Shown here: piece after piece, positions 58,940 through 64,000 of the stretch
Layout of the letters: each line of letters starts with the position of its first letter
Numbering within the stretch: the stretch's first letter is position 1
Assembly: GCA_963666345.1 (NCBI GenBank)
Contig: OY762721.1
Coordinates: 1,696,001 to 1,760,000, forward strand
Length of the DNA stretch: 64,000 nucleotides
Source of the DNA: Desulfatiglandales bacterium
GTDB lineage: Bacteria > Desulfobacterota > DSM-4660 > Desulfatiglandales > Desulfatiglandaceae
Direction: 5' to 3'
Made by a program: the position numbers and the translations under genes
The notes under the pieces: generated by a model
What the model saw: the letters and a program-made list of their open reading frames with translations, nothing else
Told to the model about the DNA's origin: nothing
Database searches by the model: none

Positions 58940-59731
58940 TCATATCAGCTTGTTCTCCCTGAATCTTGACACCAGGGTGCCTACCGCCTCTTCGGCATCC
59001 GCCTTGATTAACTCCCCCTGCCGCTTGAACTTGGGGGCAAAGGTCTTTATGACATGAGTCAGGGATCCTTCCAGGCCTATATCCTTTGCCTGTGCTCCGA
59101 TATCCGCCGCATTCCATATGGTTATGGGGGCCTTTTCGCCGCAGGCCTTTAACAGTCCCGAAACCGCGGGATGGCGCGGAGAGTTTATTTCTCCTATCAC
59201 GGTCAGCAGGGCCGGAAGAGAGCACTGCACCTTCTCGAATCCGTTTTCCAGCCTCCTGTGTACCACCATTGTCTTCTTCTTTATCTCTTCTATTCGGGAG
59301 ACATATGTTACCTGTGATATACCCAGATACTCCGCCACCTGGGGCCCGATCTGGGCGGTATCGCCGTCTATGGCCTGGCGCCCGCACAGTATGATGTCAT
59401 AGCCGCCCATTTTTTCGATCGCCTTTCCCAGGGTGGAAGAGGTGGCCCATGTGTCGGCCCCGGCAAAGGCCCTGTCGGTCAGCAGTATCCCGGAATCGGC
59501 CCCCATGCCGATGGCCTCCGAGACCGCATCTATCGCCTGCGGGGGGCCCATGGAAAGCACCTTTACCTTGCCGCCCCAGGTCTCCTTTATACTCACCGCA
59601 GCCTCAAGCGCGTGGCGGTCATCCGGGTTTATTATGCTTTCGATCCCCTCCCTTATGAGGTTCCCGGTCTTTGGATCCAGTTTTACTTCCGTTGTATCGG
59701 GGACCTGTTTAACAAGGACGATAATCTTCAT
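58940..59731 (-). CDS. etfB: Electron transfer flavoprotein beta
   Basis: KQVPDT, SMGP, DRAFAGADTWAT and GRQAIDGDTAQIGP. Confidence 0.93.
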   Translation of the reverse strand: MKIIVLVKQVPDTTEVKLDPKTGNLIREGIESIINPDDRHALEAAVSIKETWGGKVKVLSMGPPQAIDAVSEAIGMGADSGILLTDRAFAGADTWATSSTLGKAIEKMGGYDIILCGRQAIDGDTAQIGPQVAEYLGISQVTYVSRIEEIKKKTMVVHRRLENGFEKVQCSLPALLTVIGEINSPRHPAVSGLLKACGEKAPITIWNAADIGAQAKDIGLEGSLTHVIKTFAPKFKRQGELIKADAEEAVGTLVSRFRENKLI

Positions 59732-59775
59732 TGCCCTTCTCCATGCCGTGTTAAAAGCCGTGACTCGATTAATAA

Positions 59776-60012
59776 GGTTCTTCTCCCAATTAATTGGGAG
59801 AAAGGGTCCAAGGGTTCCAGGGTTCTTTGCTCCACTTACGCTTCGCTCAGTTCCACAGCTTCGTAGCAGATTCCCGGTTTCAAGAATAACCCAACTTACC
59901 TGACATCATGGCTAATGTTTAAATCTCTATAATTTACAAGCAGTTCACTCGAACCCGCGAACCCTTGACCCCTCGAATCCTTCATTTAGATCAGCTCTTT
60001 TGGAGATGATCC
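59776..60012. mobile_element. Non-autonomous MITE, 237 bp, with 8-bp target-site duplication
   Basis: Flanked by direct ATTAATAA at 59768-59775 and 60013-60020; terminal inverted repeats GGTTCTTCTCCCAA versus GGATCATCTCCAAA (11/14); inverted octamer arms inside. Confidence 0.8.
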
Positions 60013-60034
60013 ATTAATAATAGCCTGCGCGTTC

Positions 60035-61225
60035 CTAGATGATCTTTTCCTCTTTGAGTTGATCCAGTTGTTCGGATGAATATCCGAGCATGCCGTAAAT
60101 CTCGCCGTTATGCTCCCCGAAGCGGGGAGGAAAGGAGAGCATCCTGTTCGATTCCTCGACAAAAGAGGTCATATTGGGCGGAGGCGGCATGGTAAGGCGC
60201 GTGCCGGAGTTTTTATCCTCTGTATAGAGCAGTCGTGTCTCCACAAGGGGATCTGCGACTACCTCGGGGATGGTCTTTATCTTGCTTATCGGAATGGTTA
60301 TGGAATTGAACAGATCGATCAACTCCTCACTGCTTATCTTTGAGGTAATCTCATTGATTTTGCGGTTCAGATTCTCTACGTCCCCTATCCTGCCGGAGTT
60401 TTTCCCGTACTGCTCCTCGTCAAGGGATTTGAATATGTCAAGAGATATCATCGAACCCCACTGCCTGTCGTTACCCACGGCTATGTACACGTAACCGTTA
60501 CTCGTCTTGAATACCGATACGGGACAGAAGAATTCATGGGTATTGCCCCTTCTGGTTATGGGCCTGCCGTAAAGGGTTGAAAGGGTGATAGGCACGGTAA
60601 GCCATGACACGGAAGATTCGAACATGGACATGTTTATGCAGGAGCCCTCTCCCGTGACCTGACGCCTGAAAAGCGCCTTCATGAGCAGACCGTATGAGTG
60701 TTCGCTCGTGCCCATGTCGGGAAGCGGTATGCCCAGCACCTGTGGGTCGGAATCGGCCTCGCCCGTGAGATCCATCAGGCCTGAGCGGGCCTGAAGGATC
60801 GGATCATAGGCCCCCTCGTTGCTGTCCGGCCCGAAACCTGTAACCCCCAGCCATATTATATCCTTTTTTACTTGTCTGAGGGTGTCATAGTCGATTCCCA
60901 GTTTTTTATAGTTCCTTGGAAGCTGGTTTGTGGCGAATATATCCACCTTCAGCTCGGTGATAAGCGTCCTCAACAGATCCTGTCCCTTTGGATCACCCAG
61001 ATTCAGAGTAAGGGCCTTTTTCCCTGCGTTTATGCAGAGGAAATAGGAATTCATCCTCTCTTCTCCCAGGACATTTTCCCCTATAAACCGGTTCGGATCA
61101 CCATAAACCGGATGCTCCAGCCTGATGACCTTCATCCCGTCCTGGGCGAGTCTGTATGTGAGATATGGCAGAACCGTTGCCTGTTCAAGCGAAAGTACGG
61201 TGAGATTCTTAAAAAGACCCATCAT
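60035..61225 (-). CDS. Class III (CaiB/BaiF) CoA transferase (IaaL-like)
   Basis: GDPNR, NAGKK, LGIDY, TGFG, YDPILQA..GLM, catalytic Asp in PLPDMG, and GEHN. Confidence 0.9.
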   Translation of the reverse strand: MMGLFKNLTVLSLEQATVLPYLTYRLAQDGMKVIRLEHPVYGDPNRFIGENVLGEERMNSYFLCINAGKKALTLNLGDPKGQDLLRTLITELKVDIFATNQLPRNYKKLGIDYDTLRQVKKDIIWLGVTGFGPDSNEGAYDPILQARSGLMDLTGEADSDPQVLGIPLPDMGTSEHSYGLLMKALFRRQVTGEGSCINMSMFESSVSWLTVPITLSTLYGRPITRRGNTHEFFCPVSVFKTSNGYVYIAVGNDRQWGSMISLDIFKSLDEEQYGKNSGRIGDVENLNRKINEITSKISSEELIDLFNSITIPISKIKTIPEVVADPLVETRLLYTEDKNSGTRLTMPPPPNMTSFVEESNRMLSFPPRFGEHNGEIYGMLGYSSEQLDQLKEEKII

Positions 61226-61405
61226 ATTCCTCCCGGTTGAAGGTAAAAGGGTTCGAAAAGCGTAAACCGATCCTTTAACAGACAAAACAAAAAGGGAGTT
61301 AATATAAGATTAGATAGCCCGTTTAAAAACTATAAATATTATTTAAATATAATTTGCTATGATTAGGAATGTAAAAAAGACGTTTATCAGCTGTTTTGCA
61401 AAAAC

Positions 61406-61435
61406 ATGTATACAGTATACATTATTTGCTGTCAA
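61406..61435 (-). promoter_or_regulatory. Sigma70 promoter of the catabolic cluster with an overlapping GntR-type operator
   Basis: TTGACA (61435-61430), 17 nt, TATACA (61412-61407); the palindrome ATGTATAC-A-GTATACAT at 61406-61422 covers the -10. Confidence 0.7.
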
Positions 61436-61476
61436 ATTTTTTCTCACTTTTTTTTAATTTTTACAATTCATGCATG

Positions 61477-62523
61477 TCAGGACTGCCCCGCACCCCTTCC
61501 GGACACACGGCCTTTCCCCTTTTTCTGATATTTCCGCACGGCCGTATTATGCTCCCTGAGGGTCCTTGAGAAATAATGGCTCCCGTTATTCCTGGATACG
61601 AAAAAGATAAAATCTGTTTCAGCAGGATACAGTACCGCCTTGATGGCATCTTTGCCCGGACTTGCTATAGGGGCGGGAGGCAGGCCCTTTATCATGTAGG
61701 TGTTATAAGGCCCCGGTCGGGACAGGTCTTTTCTGGTAAGGTTCCCGTTAAAATCCTTAATCCCGTATATGACCGTGGGATCGCTTTCAAGCCGCATGTT
61801 TTTCCTCAAGCGGTTTAAAAAAACGCTTGCGATAAGCGGGCGCTCTGCTGCCAGACCCGTCTCCTTTTCAACTATCGAGGCAAGTGTAACCACCTCGTTT
61901 ACGGTCATGCCCTTCTCAACGGCCCGGCTTCTAAGAGGCGTCATTACCTCCAGGAAACGTTCAAGCATGGCCTCAACTATCTTTTCCGCGGGGATTCCTT
62001 TGGCAAAATGATAGGTATCAGGGTAAAGATAACCCTCAAGCGTATCCGAGGCTATGCCGTGTCTTGCGGCCGTGCCTGCGGCATTGGCGGCTGCCAGGAA
62101 CTCATCTTTTCCGGCAAGGCCTGCCTTTTCCACTATCTGTGCGATCTGGACCATGGTAAGGCCTTCAGGTATGGTCACGGAGTGCATCCTTATCTCACCC
62201 CTGCTTAAGATCTCAAGAATCTTGGCTGGCGGCATGGAAGGACTCAGGCTGTATTCGCCCGACTTTATCTTCCTGCTCTTCCCTGTTATCCTTGCCCACA
62301 GAAGAAAGGGGCGCCGGTGGGAGATAATCCCGACCTCTTCAAGTCCCTGCGCGATCTCTTTCATGGACGCACCTACCGGCACCAGGTAAACCTGTCCGGC
62401 CCCGCTGCGATCGGCCGGTCTTACAAGGTAGATTCCAAGGCCTGCCGCAATAAAGATACAGATCAGGGCCGCAACAGCTGCCAGGAATAAGACACCTCTT
62501 TTTGAAAACCCCTTATTGTTCAT
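61477..62523 (-). CDS. mltG: Endolytic transglycosylase MltG
   Basis: N-terminal membrane anchor, TIPEG, LEGYLYPDTY, ASIVEKE (catalytic Glu), LESDPT and YNTY..GLPP. Confidence 0.93.
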   Translation of the reverse strand: MNNKGFSKRGVLFLAAVAALICIFIAAGLGIYLVRPADRSGAGQVYLVPVGASMKEIAQGLEEVGIISHRRPFLLWARITGKSRKIKSGEYSLSPSMPPAKILEILSRGEIRMHSVTIPEGLTMVQIAQIVEKAGLAGKDEFLAAANAAGTAARHGIASDTLEGYLYPDTYHFAKGIPAEKIVEAMLERFLEVMTPLRSRAVEKGMTVNEVVTLASIVEKETGLAAERPLIASVFLNRLRKNMRLESDPTVIYGIKDFNGNLTRKDLSRPGPYNTYMIKGLPPAPIASPGKDAIKAVLYPAETDFIFFVSRNNGSHYFSRTLREHNTAVRKYQKKGKGRVSGRGAGQS

Positions 62524-62578
62524 AGGCTCTCTTTCCGATTACCCGGATACTTGTGGATCACCTTTTAAAAAGACGGAC

Positions 62579-62618
62579 AAATCCCCGGCCGGCCGCTTGA
62601 AGGACAGGCAGGGGATTT
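62579..62618. terminator. Hairpin between the VWA gene and mltG
   Basis: AAATCCCC...GGGGATTT imperfect GC-rich stem. Confidence 0.4.
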
Positions 62619-62667
62619 CGATATTATCATTTTGGTTCGGGAACACACACGCGGATACTGTCTAATC

Positions 62668-63861
62668 CTATTTCTTTCCCATCATGTGGACTATCGCCTT
62701 TTCAAGCCCGTCGATGGTCAGCTCGAACATGGGAAAGATTTCGCGGATCATATTGATGGTGCGTGTATAGGGCCATTCCGCGGACATCCTGGGGTTGAGC
62801 CACACGGAATAGGGAAAGGTCTCGGCAATGAACCTGAGTCTTTCATAACTCGGTTTCAAGGACCTTTCTTCAAGATGTATGGACCCGTCCGTTGCCATAA
62901 GCTCATAGGGCGCCATGCTCGCATCCCCCAGGATAATGAAGCGGGTATCCTTGTCAAAGCGGACCAGATCGTCCACGCTCAAAGGTTTTCTGAACCTTGG
63001 CGGGTCTTCCCAGATCTTGTCGTATATGGTGTTGTGAAAGAAAAAGGTCCTTATCTCCTTGAACTGGGCCCTGGCATAGCTGAACAGGGTCTGGACCAGT
63101 TCGATATAGGGGTCCATGGACCATCCGCCGTTGTCTATGGCGAGAATGACCCTGAGCCTGTCCCTGAGACTTCTGTCAAATACTATCTCTATCTCACCGG
63201 CGTTCTTCATGGTCTGGTATATGGTCTCATCAATGTTGACCTCGTCCTTGGGACCCACCGGCACCATGTTTCTGAGCCTTTTCAAGGCCTCCCCGATCTG
63301 GGCCTGGGTAAGGGGGCCCTCCTGTGAGTAGTCCCGGTACCTCCTGTCCATGGCGACCTTTACGGCTGACTTGTTTCTTGACACTCCTCCCACGCGCATC
63401 CCGCCCGGGTGAAAGCCTGAGTGCCCCACAGGGGAAGTCCCCCCCGTGCCTATCCATTTGCTTCCGCCGTGATGCTCTTCTTTCTGCTCTTTTAACCGGT
63501 CGAGAAAATATTTGAGAAGCTCTTCCGGGCTCAGTTTGTTCAAGGAGTCCTCATCGATGTCCAGGGCGTCCGCCAGCCCCTCGGGATCCTTGAGCCATTC
63601 CTCAAGCATGGCACGGGCCACCTGGGAAAGCTCGAATTCATCCGGCTCCTTTAACTCCGCCCCCTTGAAGTGGTGCGCGAACACCTGATCGTACAGGTCG
63701 AAATACCTCTCGCTTTTGACAAGGATGGAGCGGGCGGCCGTGTAAAAGTCATCAAGAGAGGTTATCAACCCGATGCTCAAGGCCTTCTGAAGCTTGAGAA
63801 AAGAGGTGGGGGACACGGATATGCCCACCTGTCTCAGGAGGAAGAAAAAATCTATGAACAT
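62668..63861 (-). CDS. VWA-domain CoxE-like protein (MoxR partner)
   Basis: KWIGTGGTSP.GH.G, DNGGWSM, FFHN, GDASMAPYEL and WLNP. Confidence 0.85.
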   Translation of the reverse strand: MFIDFFFLLRQVGISVSPTSFLKLQKALSIGLITSLDDFYTAARSILVKSERYFDLYDQVFAHHFKGAELKEPDEFELSQVARAMLEEWLKDPEGLADALDIDEDSLNKLSPEELLKYFLDRLKEQKEEHHGGSKWIGTGGTSPVGHSGFHPGGMRVGGVSRNKSAVKVAMDRRYRDYSQEGPLTQAQIGEALKRLRNMVPVGPKDEVNIDETIYQTMKNAGEIEIVFDRSLRDRLRVILAIDNGGWSMDPYIELVQTLFSYARAQFKEIRTFFFHNTIYDKIWEDPPRFRKPLSVDDLVRFDKDTRFIILGDASMAPYELMATDGSIHLEERSLKPSYERLRFIAETFPYSVWLNPRMSAEWPYTRTINMIREIFPMFELTIDGLEKAIVHMMGKK

Positions 63862-63882
63862 ATTGTCTTATCTCAGCGGTTT

Positions 63883-64000
63883 CTAGATCCTCATTCTTGC
63901 CGCAGCGTTCCTCGCGATAGCCTGGTCAGGGCTCTTTTTAAACAGCACCCCGAGATAAGGCGCCTCCCCCTTTACAAGGTCTTTTACCTTGAAATCGGGG
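63883..64000 (-). CDS. C-terminal end of a probable MoxR-family AAA ATPase (truncated by the window edge)
   Basis: Open frame PDFKVKDLVKGEAPYLGVLFKKSPDQAIARNAAARMRI-stop directly upstream of the VWA gene. Confidence 0.6.
   Translation of the reverse strand, partial: PDFKVKDLVKGEAPYLGVLFKKSPDQAIARNAAARMRI

Noticed and set aside
62668..64000. MoxR/VWA pair as a dedicated maturase of the Mo-hydroxylase
   Set aside because: Separated from the cluster by mltG and the cluster promoter; the pair is widespread, so no specific link is supported.

Overview
Gene-dense chromosomal window from an anaerobic bacterium whose gene content resembles Desulfobacterota (Deltaproteobacteria); the taxon is an inference. 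I found no rRNA, tRNA, CRISPR array or intact transposase. Left part (1-26.6 kb): rarA, a degenerate hybrid histidine kinase, dnaE, a pdaD/DHS-like/speB polyamine operon, a trpB2-hyp-iorA-iorB-mocA operon, ggt, tauE, pilT-pilZ, an ACT/UPF0210 pair, nnr, ybaK and a csp gene. From 27.0 to 61.4 kb, about 27 genes all run on the minus strand from a promoter carrying a GntR-type operator. Their core matches, family for family, the anaerobic indole-3-acetate (iaa) degradation pathway of Aromatoleum/Azoarcus: CoA ligase, Mo-hydroxylase, hydantoinase, class III CoA transferase, B12 mutase, acyl-CoA dehydrogenase, hydratase/dehydrogenase and thiolase. The cluster is extended by a TRAP transporter, an Fe-S-bearing ETF, an epimerase, an unusual OYE-family flavo-FeS reductase with a partner protein and ferredoxins, and an HdrB-less HdrA/HdrA-MvhD/HdrC-GltD module whose last gene is frameshifted. 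The most interesting inference is a strict-anaerobe route from indole/tryptophan via indoleacetyl-CoA to 2-aminobenzoyl-CoA, with a candidate uncharacterised reductive end step. Three families of intergenic MITE/REP-like repeats are present, one copy with an exact 8-bp target-site duplication. Start codons were adjusted by eye.
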